A DNA stretch of 62,059 nt, filler included, from Sphacelaria rigidula (Eukaryota), in the NCBI GenBank assembly GCA_964200075.2. It is 5 parts of 5 records of this genome, joined end to end, with 100 filler letters (N's around TTAATTAATTAA, not from the genome) between each part and the next. Parts side by side here need not be neighbours in the genome. Positions count along the whole stretch, not along the records: positions 37,304 to 49,634 come from CAXNAA020003883.1; positions 49,735 to 62,059 come from CAXNAA020003884.1; 3 more parts are not named here. The stretch is one strand, 5' to 3'. A program made the translations under genes and the position numbers. Within the stretch, counting starts at the first letter, position 1, and every line of letters begins with the position of its first letter. The notes under the pieces were generated by a model that worked only from the letters and a program-made list of their open reading frames with translations, ran no database searches and had not been told where the DNA came from. Below are positions 49,550-61,968 of this stretch, piece after piece.

Positions 49550-52500
49550 CCCCACCCCCCCCCCCCCCCACCCAACCCCAAACCCCCGGCACCCACAACA
49601 TACGTCCCCAGGCGTGGTCCCCCCGGCGCCCGGGNNNNNNNNNNNNNNNNNNNNNNNNNNNNNNNNNNNNNNNNNNNNTTAATTAATTAANNNNNNNNNN
49701 NNNNNNNNNNNNNNNNNNNNNNNNNNNNNNNNNNTTGTGTGGTGTTGTTTGGGTTTGTTGTTGGGTGTGGGGGTGGGTTGGTGGGGGGGAAGGATTTCGG
49801 GCCATCCCTCAATTATCCTACGTAAAAAAGTCGATTTGGATTTCTGAACGCCCGTCACCAGAGCTTTCGAACAAGTCGATTCGCATTGAAATTGGACTGG
49901 TGCGTTACGAAAAGTAATTAAAAAAAACTCCGAGACTCGAGATGTGAAAACAGATGCTCAAGTATCAGCTTTCCCCACAAAGTTCAAGGCAAAAAACTTG
50001 AATACATGAGGGGCAAGTACTGGCATGTGAGATACATTACTTGAAATTTTACATACACACACACACACACAAACGTGTGCGCACTGAATGTACACGTCAC
50101 GTCCAATCGTTATATTCAAGTATTAGACTCTGGGGGGCGGCATCAGAGGACAATTTGTGGTTTTGTGTCACGCATTTCTGCATGCGCATACATGGCACAC
50201 GTACGCTACAGCAGAAGCACAAAAAACGAAAAAAAAAAAAGGGAAACGAGAAACGAAAGCGCAGTTGGTTGGTACCCCCTGCCCATCTAGCACACACACC
50301 TCCTCCTCCGCATAGGTAGTGTTACTGTCGGAGCTGAAGATCGATAACGTGGTCGGAGAACCCATAACATCGAGCCCTCCGGCCTCGGATTCACCAACCA
50401 CACCGGTGAGCGCCAGCACAGATAGACCATTGCCGCGCGGCGAATTTCGCTCGCTCGCCGACGAAATCCGTCCTACGTCGTCGGCACTAGTCTGGAGACG
50501 CCGGTCAACCAACCCTCCGGGAAGGGTGCTGGGGGGCGGTGGAAGGCAACGGGCTAGACCTTCAAGATCCAGAGTATCCAAGATTAGGGCTTGGAATTTT
50601 CCCAGTAGAGGAGGGGCGATCTCCACCTGGAGTAGCGTATCAAACGCAGATGTCGGGTACGAGGGAGAAAATAAGTCTTGAGGGGGGACAGTGAATTATG
50701 GATGGTGATAGCACCAGCGGGGAATGGGGGTAGCGAGGGGAAGGGCGGAGTACGTGTTTGATCTTGTTATTTTCGGAGATGGTGTTTTCGGAAGCGAATC
50801 GTTTACTTTGGCGATGCGATTTGTCATTACAGCGGTGAAGGTCAGAGAGAGCGCGCGGTGGGGGGGGGAATAGAAGGTGGCGCACGTCCGACATATCGAA
50901 TTTCCAGAACATGGAATTTTTTGCGTTCGACACACGTACAGCGGTTCTGGCAAACAAAATAGAGCAGCTGGAAAGTCTCCTCGTGTCCGAGGCCGGTATA
51001 TTACTAGTCGTGTTCTGTTATGCTGGACGTGTGGAAGATGAACATGTGCATAGTGTGTAAAGCCGGACGCTTTCTAGGTTAATTGTAGCGGTGGAGTCGT
51101 TTCGTTTTCTGCGCGTGGCTGGCCGTGGCATCGCCGACGAATTGCTTCTGATCGTAACCTTGCTCCTAGGGAGTAGGATTGGAACGGGCGAAGTACGCTG
51201 GTAGCACTGTGCGATACCCCGGCGCCATATATTCCGGCATAATTCCGGATAATCGTGATCGATAGAAACGACATTCGCTAGACGTAGTACACTGCTAGTG
51301 AAGAAGTACACACTTAATTCTCGTTGAGTCAGCAAGCCGACAGGCAGGCAGGCTCGCGACAAGCATCCGGTCCCATATGGTATCGAGGGCCAAAAACCAC
51401 GTGCAACTGAAAAAAGTTGGGTATAGAGCGGCACACCGGTTTCGGGAACGATCCACGAACATGACCAAGCTCCCGTATATTATCTTTACCTGATCATCGA
51501 CCGCTACATCTACGCTCTTACTGTACGGAGGATTCGCCTTCCTCGAAGCCACCAACCTCGCCCAGTTCAAATTTATCGCGGTTCTGAAACGTCGGTTCGG
51601 CGAATTTGGGGCAGATAGCCGTTGGGAATCTGGCATGGGTGAGATCTCAGGCAACCCGGCATTACTACGAGTACCACGCCCACTACCACCAGCTTCCTCC
51701 CCATACCCACAACGGCACCAGCAACTCCGCGCCCGCTTTCCGGCCTACTAGGCGACAGTTTACCGCCGTGATGACCTACAATCCCTGTAGTCGTTAGCGC
51801 TACCGAATTACATTGTTCCTCAAACGCCTGTCTGACCTGGGAGGGTGTAGCGTGCGACGCGGAACCTCCATCGTCGCGACCCCGCCAAGCTACGTCATCC
51901 CTCTCCGGTGGGCGCACACCACCTTTTGCACCGCCACCAACGACAGCTGGACCGTCTATCCCAACAATCGGATGCTTCCCGCTATTCGCTGTCGGAGGAT
52001 CCGGCGATATTTCCCCCTTTGCCAACCTTGATCCCACCAACACCCGCCGGTTCAACACCGCGCCCACCTCAATCGTCGCCGCCGTCGTTCGCTGTACGAT
52101 ACTCTCATCACTCCTACTAGGGAGGGTAGGCCCTGTCGTCGACACGACGCTCACCGCCGATGTATTGCTACCGCATTGAGCATGGTTAGGGTAGTCTGCT
52201 TCGTCATCTGCCTCGATACCCGCAAGGCCGGCGACTTCTCCTCTCTCCCCCCTTCTCTCCGCTGCCATCACACGATTGCTCCCGCCCTCATCGTCACTTG
52301 TGTCGGCACGGCGATGATACCTCTCCGCCGCTCCCTTTCGAGGACCAGAGCGGGTATCCCGCCGCCGGTTGGCTGGAGGTGGGTGCCGACGATTTCCAAT
52401 ATTATTCCGAAAGCAGTCACCGGCTCTATCGCCGCAGTCAAAAGCGAAGTCGCCGTCACTTGCCGAGGTCTGTTCGTTGTTTTTTGCAGAATGAAATGTG

Positions 52501-53331
52501 AACAAAAAAAAATTCTGACTTTCCGAGAGATGCACGGGAACGTCTCGAAACGGTAGCGACGGCGCTCTAGAGACTCAGAAACAAGTCGAACGCTGTTTTG
52601 AGTACTCGTCGGTGGGAGGTATGAAGGAAGCGGGAGGACACGAAGCGATGCACGGGAGCAACCCTGCTTTGCGAGCTTGCCGTAGCTGTGGCCCATAAAG
52701 TTATATGCAGCGACATTATATATATAAAGTATTTCATGAGGGGACACGACGATCTAGATCCTGGCAAACAAATTCGGGCCAAATGGTAGAGCTAGTACAT
52801 GGGGCTAGCACTAAAAGAAGATAATGGAATGCAGGGAATCATACTAACGCTACATTTTCATCACAAAGAAGCCTGTTCGTCGTCACATGTTGATCGAGGA
52901 CGTGGGTCAAGACGCGAGGGTGGTAGTTCAGTTATTTTTTTGGTAACTGCAGGAAGCGTGTTTTCGTGTGTAGGACAGCATGCCTCAAACCAAATGACGG
53001 GGTGGTTCTTGCTGCAAGTTTTCACAAGTCAACGAGTCGGCAAAAAATCGCTCTCCACGTGTCCCGTACGGAGGTGTGGGCAGAGGAGCGCAGCGCACTC
53101 AAGTGTAAGTTGAAAATCACGATAGCCTCAACCCTCACCCAACGTCAGCACCTGCAGTCTGCTTGTTGGGTTGTTCTACAATACCTGCAAAGCCTCATCT
53201 CGTGCGCGGTCAACACCCTGTGCCAGCGGTGAAAATCGGTTCGAAGATTCGCCCGGAGGTGCTGCGGCGTATTTTTCCAAGTTTGGGATGAGAGGTTGAT
53301 CCATCCTCGAGCGCTGGCCTCTGCGCGACAT
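47339..53331 (-). CDS. Unknown multi-exon protein; tentative exons 53331-53185, 52469-51837, 51744-51490, 50626-50300, 48224-47997, 47527-47339
   Basis: Each exon has AG/GT borders, phase 0 and an open frame (MSRRGQRSRMDQPLIP..., TSASDGDFAF..., ...FRTAINLNWARLVA..., VEIAPPLLGKFQALILDTLDLEGLARC..., EELMREAAVVLREC..., MRDTPRHTPP...). The model spans a gap, may miss an exon near 48606-48756, and has no recognisable domain. Confidence 0.55.
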
Positions 53332-53693
53332 GACCGGCGACGAACAACAGCAGCGTATACAGATGCGTAGTGCAGCACCGACGGCCTGCTCAGTAAAAGA
53401 AGCGCACTCAAAACGGTATGAAAATGGCATAAGCGTGATGGGTTCAATTTACACCAGGTAGCTTGAAAGTGCTATATAGCAAACAACGGTACAGTACGTT
53501 TTCTAGCGGATAAAATGCTTTCAGGGTTCGCCGCCCCTTGCTGTTCCCCAATCCTTGGTGTCCACACTTGAGCAGAGCTTCGACGTCGTAAAAATGGTCC
53601 AATATACTGCATGCATCCTGTTTTATTCCCAACCTCCCACCTCAACAAAACTTCATACACAACATACGTATGTACTTTCACCTCAAACTACAC

Positions 53694-55538
53694 TCACTGT
53701 GCGATCTTCGCTTCCACCGGGGGACTTCCCGTGACACCAGCGCCGGGCGGAAGGTCTGGGTTATCTCCTTGTTTCTCTTGATTGCCGCCCTTCGCAGGGA
53801 GATAATTGATTTGCGGCGGCGGCGTCTGCAGCAATACGCTCGCGTCGGCGTTTTCTGGCCCACCTTCTACTCCGTGTTTGGCTTTTGCAGAAACCGTCGC
53901 TATCGCCGCCGCCGCCGCCGCCTTATCGGTGACGTTGTCCTCAGAGGGTATGCGGCTACCATCGTCATCAACGGCGGCACCTGCGGTGACGACGGCTGCC
54001 GCAGTTTCATCGTCACTCCATGACAACCAACGTTTCATTTCATCCATCGCCAATCGCGACTGCGACGATGATGCCAAGTGCTTCCTCCCTCCAGGCTCCT
54101 CTCCGCTCCGTGTAGGGCACTGCTGGTGGTGGTGGTGCGGCTGCGGCTGCTGGTATTGTGCCACGTCGCTCATTCTTGTCGCTTCAATGGAGTCGGACGC
54201 CGTTGTCCGCCTGGTGGCGATGGTGACATCTGGTCCTGGTTCCGCACTCGCAGTTTCTACCGTGACACTATGGCCCGGCTTCATATTTTCTTCATCGCTA
54301 TCTGTGAGCCAAGACATCATCTCGTCCGTCGCCGATGCCGACGGCTTCAACATGGCCAGGCCATCCTTTTCGCCTTCGTTTTGCTCTCTCCAGATTTTCG
54401 CCCCCTTTTCCTTCTCGGGCGAGGATTGCTGTTGCTGGGAAGTCACGTGCACGACACCCACAACCTCCTCCGTCCCTCGGCCTGCCTTGTCGTTCGTGCC
54501 TTCGGTCGCTTTATGCCTGGTCGCGATTTCTTGCCCCTCTCCATCGCTCTCTGATAACCAGTTGTTCATCTCCTCCATAGCGGCCACCGTTGGCTTCACC
54601 GCCATTGGCACAATGGCATCTTGTTCCTTGCCATATATTGCCGGATTTTGCGATCTCCGCGGCTCAGGGGCAACATCTGGTTCGTGCTGTGCAATGGCGA
54701 AGGAACCGACAAACCCCCATACCGCCCGCTCGACCGCGTCTGCCCCATGGCGGGTGGTGAGACTGTTATTAACCTTGAGATTGTCCGCACCACTGCGTTG
54801 TTCTAGCCTAGAGTTCATCGTGCTACTCGTGACTGACTTGGAGGTCGTCAAGGACCTGATCGTGGTGCTTCCCCCCTCGGGCATTGGCATCAGATGTTGC
54901 TTCTGCTGTTGTTCTTGTGCGACGGGGACAACTGCGTCTCCTGCAAGGGCAAGAGGAACCCTAGAGCCCACCGGTGGTGGCACACGAGCGGCGGTGATAT
55001 CTGAACACTCTATGCCCCCCGTGGCAGAAGTTACACCTGATTCACGCATCCTCGTGGTAGTCGCAGCTGCTATAGCGGCTGTGGCCGCCACTGCCGCCAC
55101 CGTCAGCCTATCAGGAGCAGCACCAGTAGCCCCCCTGCCCTTGAAAAACGGCAAGGAATCAGTCGTCGCGGTGCCAGTACTAGGCCCCACCAGTCCCGAC
55201 GCGACGTTGCCGGCTTTTTGAGCGCTACTTACGGTAACTCCTTCATCACCGCGGTTTCTCTCTGGGGGTTCTTTCACGTCTTCCCCGGATGATGAGCTAT
55301 CATCGCCTTCATTGTCAGTGTCGTCGTTCAGCCACGCGCGCACCGAAGCGGGGACAGTTATGCCGCTTGGCAGTCGTGAGTGATGAGCCAACAGAGTGCT
55401 GCCGCCTGCGCCAGCACGGTTGCTCCTGCGTATAGGCGGCGAGCCTTCGCTAGAGTACGCGAGGGAGTCTAGTGAAGGGCGTCCTGTTCCGCCGCCGTCC
55501 GAGTGCCGCGATCTCCTTGGCCTAGCCTGCTGCTGCAT
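53694..55538 (-). CDS. Intrinsically disordered protein (about 614 aa) with repeated EMxxWL(S/T)xSD motifs
   Basis: 1845-nt open frame from ATG (MQQQARPRR). The ORF-track extension to 55820 runs through a (TACAG)n microsatellite and is likely non-coding. Confidence 0.75.
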   Translation of the reverse strand: MQQQARPRRSRHSDGGGTGRPSLDSLAYSSEGSPPIRRSNRAGAGGSTLLAHHSRLPSGITVPASVRAWLNDDTDNEGDDSSSSGEDVKEPPERNRGDEGVTVSSAQKAGNVASGLVGPSTGTATTDSLPFFKGRGATGAAPDRLTVAAVAATAAIAAATTTRMRESGVTSATGGIECSDITAARVPPPVGSRVPLALAGDAVVPVAQEQQQKQHLMPMPEGGSTTIRSLTTSKSVTSSTMNSRLEQRSGADNLKVNNSLTTRHGADAVERAVWGFVGSFAIAQHEPDVAPEPRRSQNPAIYGKEQDAIVPMAVKPTVAAMEEMNNWLSESDGEGQEIATRHKATEGTNDKAGRGTEEVVGVVHVTSQQQQSSPEKEKGAKIWREQNEGEKDGLAMLKPSASATDEMMSWLTDSDEENMKPGHSVTVETASAEPGPDVTIATRRTTASDSIEATRMSDVAQYQQPQPHHHHQQCPTRSGEEPGGRKHLASSSQSRLAMDEMKRWLSWSDDETAAAVVTAGAAVDDDGSRIPSEDNVTDKAAAAAAIATVSAKAKHGVEGGPENADASVLLQTPPPQINYLPAKGGNQEKQGDNPDLPPGAGVTGSPPVEAKIAQ

Positions 55539-56287
55539 GCTACACTCAGTACGGTAGTACCGTCCAATACTAACAGTACCGCATACAGCTTTCTGTTTTG
55601 AGACGCCCGGTTGTAGAAAGTATCGTAACGGACATATCACATAATGTTTGATGACGATAGCGCAAGAGATGTCGAATAAATCCTGACGAAATGAATTGTG
55701 TACATATTTGACATACATTGAGAGATGACTGTACAATACAGTACAGCATATACAGTACAGTACAGTACAGTACAGTACAGTACAGCCAGTCGGAGCAAAA
55801 AAACATCCAGGAAACAGCACGACAGTACAGGAACGGTATCACACAACGTGAGTCTTGTGTGCCCAGTTAGCACCGATTCTCAGTGACCTTTACACCAGAG
55901 CACCCTCCATCGACTGGCAGGAAGGCGAGGCGCAGGGATAAAAGCAGGGGAAGAGAAAACCAGCAAGAAATATCCGACCTTCAGGCCCATCACATTTTCG
56001 ACGTGCTTTTTTGGCAGCGCGAGCCAGGTGTCCTGCAGCTGCTGCAACAGCTGGCTGCTGCTGCTTCCTCGAGCCCTGCTAATGGTGCCAGTGCATGAGG
56101 CAACCCACAGAGCAGGAGGAGCAGCGACTGCGTTGCGATATAATTGCACGCGATATTCCAGTAGCAGGTAGAATCGCGACCACCAGACATTATCATCATT
56201 CGGCATCAGCAGCAGCACTTCTGCAGCGAGCCCAAACCAAAGCTAAGCCGTTTCCCGCACACAAGACGTCGAAAAAGCAACAGACAC

Positions 56288-57039
56288 ATGTCGCCAGATT
56301 CATCGGAGGAAGTTGCTCAGCATTATCACGCTCGCCCCAAGCTGAAGGTATCAACCGCCTTGAAGTCGAGACCACAGCAGCGGCCTGCTAGGGGCGGGTT
56401 AGTTGCACCCCTGACGGCGGAAAACCTCGACAGCAAGAATGCAAAGGTCAACACAATGATAGAAAGGAACAAGATTCTCCAGGCTGCTGCGCATTTTGAT
56501 GTGGAAATCAGCAAAAAAAGTCCCCGTCGAAAAGCGCTAGGGGAGCAAATGGCGGTGGTGGATGGGAGCGCGAAAGATTCCGCTTCGCCAACATGGCTCT
56601 ATCCTGTGGAAAAGATGACGACCATCACCAACAAGAATCCGGTGTTCGAGACTCGGCCAGTCAGAAGGCCTGAGGGTGATGGTGTTGCTGTCGTATCCAG
56701 AACTCGAGGACATGGGGGAAGAAGGGGCGGCGAAATCAAGAACACGTCCAAAACGCCCCACACGGCGCCGCTTGAGGGAAGGAGAGCATCATCGGGCGAC
56801 GGCATCGGCCGCCCTGGTAATGATATCGCCGAGGCATTGTCTTCCACAGCATCTGTCGCTGGCACTACAGGTAGCAGTTCAGCTGTGACGATGGTAACCA
56901 AACAGTCGGTGGTCGGACGAAAGCGCGACGGTAATGATGGTGGTGGTGGTGAGGGTGGTGATCAACAGTTGCTGGCGTGGCTGAACGAAGTGCTGTGTCC
57001 GCCAGCTGTTGGAGGTACCGACACGACTGAAGAAAACCG
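56288..57039 (+). CDS. First coding exon of a divergent gene, possibly abnormal spindle (Asp/ASPM)-like
   Basis: 752-nt open frame ending at donor CG|GTGAGA. A disordered N-terminus is followed by DQQLLAWLNEVLCPP, resembling the WLNxxLxP motif preceding the CH domain of Asp/ASPM. Downstream exons were not identified. Confidence 0.5.
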
Positions 57040-60000
57040 GTGAGAGACCGTGAGAGCATGTGTTTTTCATGATCATTGAGAAAAGGCCTGGTTGATCACA
57101 ATGGGAGCGATAATCCTATTCCGTGTACCCCTGCTCTCCCTTACCCCTGCCCGGCGTGCATCGCTCCCCCGTGAACGAATTCGCGTTCCCATCGTGGAAG
57201 AGGGTACAATGCTCATGCTATACCATGCTATTATGCGCGTTCCTCATAATACCTTCGACCTCATTCTCCTGTGGATCGGAGAAACGTGCGTTTTCAGCTT
57301 GCGTACACGTTTTCACATCATCTCCTTTTCTATACTGCTGGTTCGATTTCATGTTTGGATTGCTGCTCTTCTTGCCGTATTTCGCGCCCACCCCCCGCCC
57401 CCCCAACCTGCGACCCCCGAGCAACCCTAGCCGAAAAGTTTCGTTTTTCTCCTGAATGGATGTAAAGATACAAAAGAACGTGTCGCTTTTGTGGCTTTTG
57501 GTAGGAGTCAAGAGGCAAGCGAACACCTTAGCCAGCTCTTCAGGAAGATCACTCTTTGTAGGATGCTCATGCATGTGCATCCGTAAACAAATATCAAACA
57601 TGTGATGTCTTATATTTTCGCGTCGTCGGGAATTGTAGTCCAGCACGGACAATACAGGCAGTACACCATTGCGATTCAGGGCATGGTTCAGCCTGCCGGT
57701 CTGACAGGCAGCACGGGACCTCCCAAGGCATGGCTCAACGTGATCGTATACATCGTATTGACATCACCAGTAGCATCATCAACGCCACAAAAACTGAGGT
57801 CGCTGCAGTATGCACGCACAGGACATATCATACACAAACAGTACATACACCGGCGGTGAAGCCGGACGGAACATGCACTAGAGTTTTCGGCTCCACGATG
57901 TAAATTTTCACCGTTTTTCTCATGTTTTTTTCTGCCTTTCCTTGACCTCACAGGCATGCAAGCACGAGACAGATAGACAAAGCATCGGTCCTTGTAGCAT
58001 CTTTTGAAAGAAAATAAACGGTTTTGACACGATTCAACGCATATCCTCCCTCCAGCGTCGATGGCTCGCGGGTTGACTCACGCTCTTCTTTGGGTTTCGA
58101 GTATGCGCGCGCAAAACAAGAAAATAACTCAGGAACAACAGAATTTTGTAGATACGGTTCTTTTTTGAGGGGCATTGGTATCGGTATGCATCTCACATCA
58201 TTGCATTGCGCTTCTTTGCAGGCGATTGCGCGTTGATAACCCCCACGGTGAAAACTTTATTTCAATCAAGAGGGTTCGTACGTACATCAATTTTTGAAAC
58301 ACCATAGTCGACAATATCTAGAGTCTCCATTGAGCTGGGGGGGGGGGAGGCGGGAGGTGGGGGGGGGGGGGAAGGTTGCGCATGTTACCGTTTGCGCACG
58401 TTATCGTCGTATTTGTTCATGTTGTACTCGAACGTTGTTATTCGTTCAGCGTGACAAAACACATACATCAACAGTCAGCATGGCGAAGGGAAAAATGGTT
58501 GTGCACTCTGTTTGGAAATACAATTACGGTATACAACTGACCATGGATTTGAATACACGAACGTACGGGCCGATGCTCAGGATCCAGACCCCCGCACGTG
58601 CATGTCTGCAGACACCCCGCAGGATCCACGCCCTCACCACAGGGGTACCTCGAGAACCTCTGTCCCCAACTGGCCGCTTAAAATTTTCAGTATGGTTTCC
58701 GGCCGGTATGTGCCAACCAAGTGGTGCAACCCTTGAAAATCGCCTTGAAATAAGCGAAGAACTTCCATTTTGCCGATAATCAGGACGAGTGGTGCACCAT
58801 GAAGCAAGCACCTGACAACAACTATGCGGCTGGTCCGATATGTTTTTTTTCCAGTGGATGCACAGTCGGTGTTATTCCGTGTGGTGCAGACATATGATGC
58901 ATATCTGTGAATGCGTGCGAACCACTTCGAACTCTTTTTTCAGCAGGAGGTCATGACATTTTCGTGAGGCGGGGGTACACGTTGCGTGCTGTCGTAAGAG
59001 CAGAGAAGGAAGGCATGACCGTGTGATGTTTCGTTATGTGGTATTTCCAATTTTGAACTTCGATACACGACGCGCAGGGCTTCCCGACCGTTTTTTTCGC
59101 CGCCGATGGTTGACGCGGAGCCTTTTCAATCACCTGTACCAGGTTGATGTTTATTTTGGTGGTCCAGTCATGGGTCGTACGCACGTGTATCTAGACAGGA
59201 TAGATGCATCATATGAGGGTTGTTACATCATTAGAGGTGACTCAAACTCGAGGTTTTCGGATAGGTACCAGTTGCTGCAGGTTACTGTTCAATACACCGG
59301 GAACCTCGAGTTTGGGGTACCTCAATTGTACATGGCTGGCACAAACTGCACTCGTAACGCACCGTTTAAGACCGACAGCCTGAAGCTTTTCACCTGCATG
59401 CACTACGGGCCATCTCTTGAATCTGCATGATTTTCACTCGAAGAGTACATGCAATCGATGCCCTACCCTGGTGGGGAAATTACTGTTGTGAAGCCTCCAG
59501 TAGAGCTCACGTATGCGTCGTAAAAGTGGATGACTGCGTGAAGCTTCCTCTCGTTAAAAAAACTCGTACAAGAACGCTTCAGAGGGACTAACGGTGCCTT
59601 GGCTTTCCCAAGACATGTTCTTGTCCAAATGGGCGTCGAACGCACTCTTTGTCTACAGTAGTCTTTGCAGCTCCCTTGCTCGAGGGTTCTCGTATGATCG
59701 GGGGTTACGGTTGGGGTTACGGTTAGCGTTACTTCAAGATATTAAACTATCGCTCCGGGATATGACAAATTACATTATTTTGGGGCTGTGGTGGGTGGGC
59801 GGGTAGGCGGGAACCCCGAGATTGATACATAAACGTTTTGTGTCGCCCTGAAATGCCCCCCCCCCTTCCTACTCCAAAGAATCCAAAAGCTACCCTGGAG
59901 GGTAGATGATCAATTATATCGGCATCACTTGTCCCATGAAAAAATACTGCTTGACCTGGATGACCTTCCATAGCGATCATGGGTTTGAATTGAGTGTTGG

Positions 60001-61759
60001 CGTTTGGCATGGTCTCGTGCATGGTGTACTGCTGTACACCATGATTCATCTTTGGTCCGCCATTGCTCGTTCATCACCATCAGCTATCAGTTTCGGCAGT
60101 GCATTATCATCTTCCTCCCTCTTTCCCACTTTCTACCCCGTATCCCATACAGATTACGACAGCTCCGTACGGCATGCGGCATTTTTGAACTGTGTCAAAT
60201 GAGACACATGAAGTATGGCCGAAATGAAAACATTGCAGACAACAGCACAAACAGTATAATTTTCGGACCGCCGGCATGTCATCACGAGTCTGATCACCAA
60301 GCAATCAACCCCGACCACCGGGGTCCCTGGATCGTATTATATCGTGGGACAACCGGTCTGTCGGGAGTCGGGAGACGTCGTCGGCGCTGGTTTGCGCCAC
60401 TGTTTTTGACCAAGAAACGACTACTCATTGTGCTCCCTGGGATGACCCTCGGGACTATTACCGTCGTAAAGATCCCAACGTGTTTGTCCGCTCGTGTAGT
60501 CCACACTCAAATCATGTTTCAACCATTTGAAGCGGGCTTCTTCTGGATTTTTACTGCTTGTGCTCATTCGTTCAGTAGTTGCGCTGGTCTGTTTCACACA
60601 GCTTTAGTTTTAGCAAATGTGCATTTGCACGCCTGGAGGTGTTCAGGTAGGGCGCTGTTTCTCGTCTCTCTTTCCCAACTGGACTAGCCGTGTACTTCAC
60701 ACTTGGTCAACGCACTGCATTGGTGAGAGGAAAATCGCTTCTAATTTAGAGTACTTCGTAACAATGATGTGTAATGCAACGCAATCTCGACATTTGCGCA
60801 GTACTACTTGTATACACATGGTTTTGGGTGGTGCTATGATGGCGGGGGAACGGGCCTGCGTGTGATGATAGACGGATGTTGGACACCGGTACACGAGAGC
60901 ACCAGACCGTCGTCGCATTACATGAGTCATTGCAAGACATCGCTCAGGCCCGGTACATCGATTTGTGTTCGCGTTTTCGAAGTTCGCGCCCTCTCTGACG
61001 GTCATGCATTTTTTTTGTGTGAAACATTTTTATTTTTTAATAATATGTGATGTTGCTCTAAAACCGTTCTTTCGGAACCGTTTTCGGAGGACGAGGGGAT
61101 CTCTCTGCTTCTTGTGGTGAGGCGTGGATCTATCTGTTCTGCCTCTGCCCTGACGCATCGCTCGTCGTTCGCATTTTACGAACCTGTTTATTTTTTGTCG
61201 GCGGGCTCGTGCGCAATCACTGTCACGGTGTTTCAATATGTGGCCCCCTGACTATGGTTTTCAGCCTGAACGGCCATTCTTTATTGCCCCGTCATCGGTT
61301 CTCTCAACTTCATGATTTTTTGGAAAGCAACTACTACCGTTGTCACTTAGGCTTTGGGTGGTCGTGCAAGTATACACACAGTCAGCACTGCTCTTTGCTG
61401 AGGTTGGGTTTCAGTTGGTTTCGTCGGTAGGAAAACGTTGCCCCGACCCGAATTTTCTCAGCCACTGGACATGCAACATGTTTTTTTTCTTCTTCTTGCT
61501 GGTCCTGAGATATCTTCGAGGGTCGGCGTTCTATTATAAGAAGATATTCATCGATCGATTGATTGATTGGTCACTGCAACTGACCCCCCAAGGATGCAGG
61601 CATGGTCATGTGATATCAAAAAGCGTTCGCGAAAAGATGGGGTTTAGAGGAGTATGGGCGCACCAGTAAAGTCGCTCTGCCCCGAACACAGCAAAATGAA
61701 CGAAATCAATTACGCCGCACGAACTTGTGTGGGTCGCAAAAAGTTTCATGATGGAGGTA

Positions 61760-61968
61760 CGAGTATCTCAAACTCGGTTCCCGGTTTCCTGTTTTTTTGG
61801 CTGGGTCGGGGTTTTGCACTATTTTTTCAAGTGAAGGTGCTGGTGGTTCATAGGAGGACCTGACCTCGCGGTCAAAGGGTCTCATCATGTGATGAATCGC
61901 CATCACTTTCACTTGAAAAAATAGGACGAAACAAGCCAGAATACCGGGAGTCGAGTTTGAGATACCTC
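61760..61968. mobile_element. Foldback MITE-like inverted repeat
   Basis: GTATCTCAAACTCGGTTCCCGGT...TTTTTTCAAGTGAAGGTGCTGG pairs with CCATCACTTTCACTTGAAAAAA...ACCGGGAGTCGAGTTTGAGATAC. Confidence 0.7.

Noticed and set aside
53806..55221. 471-aa + strand ORF; likewise 4857-5504, 38060-38596 and 45915-46322
   Set aside because: These are antisense shadows of GC-rich coding frames on the other strand.
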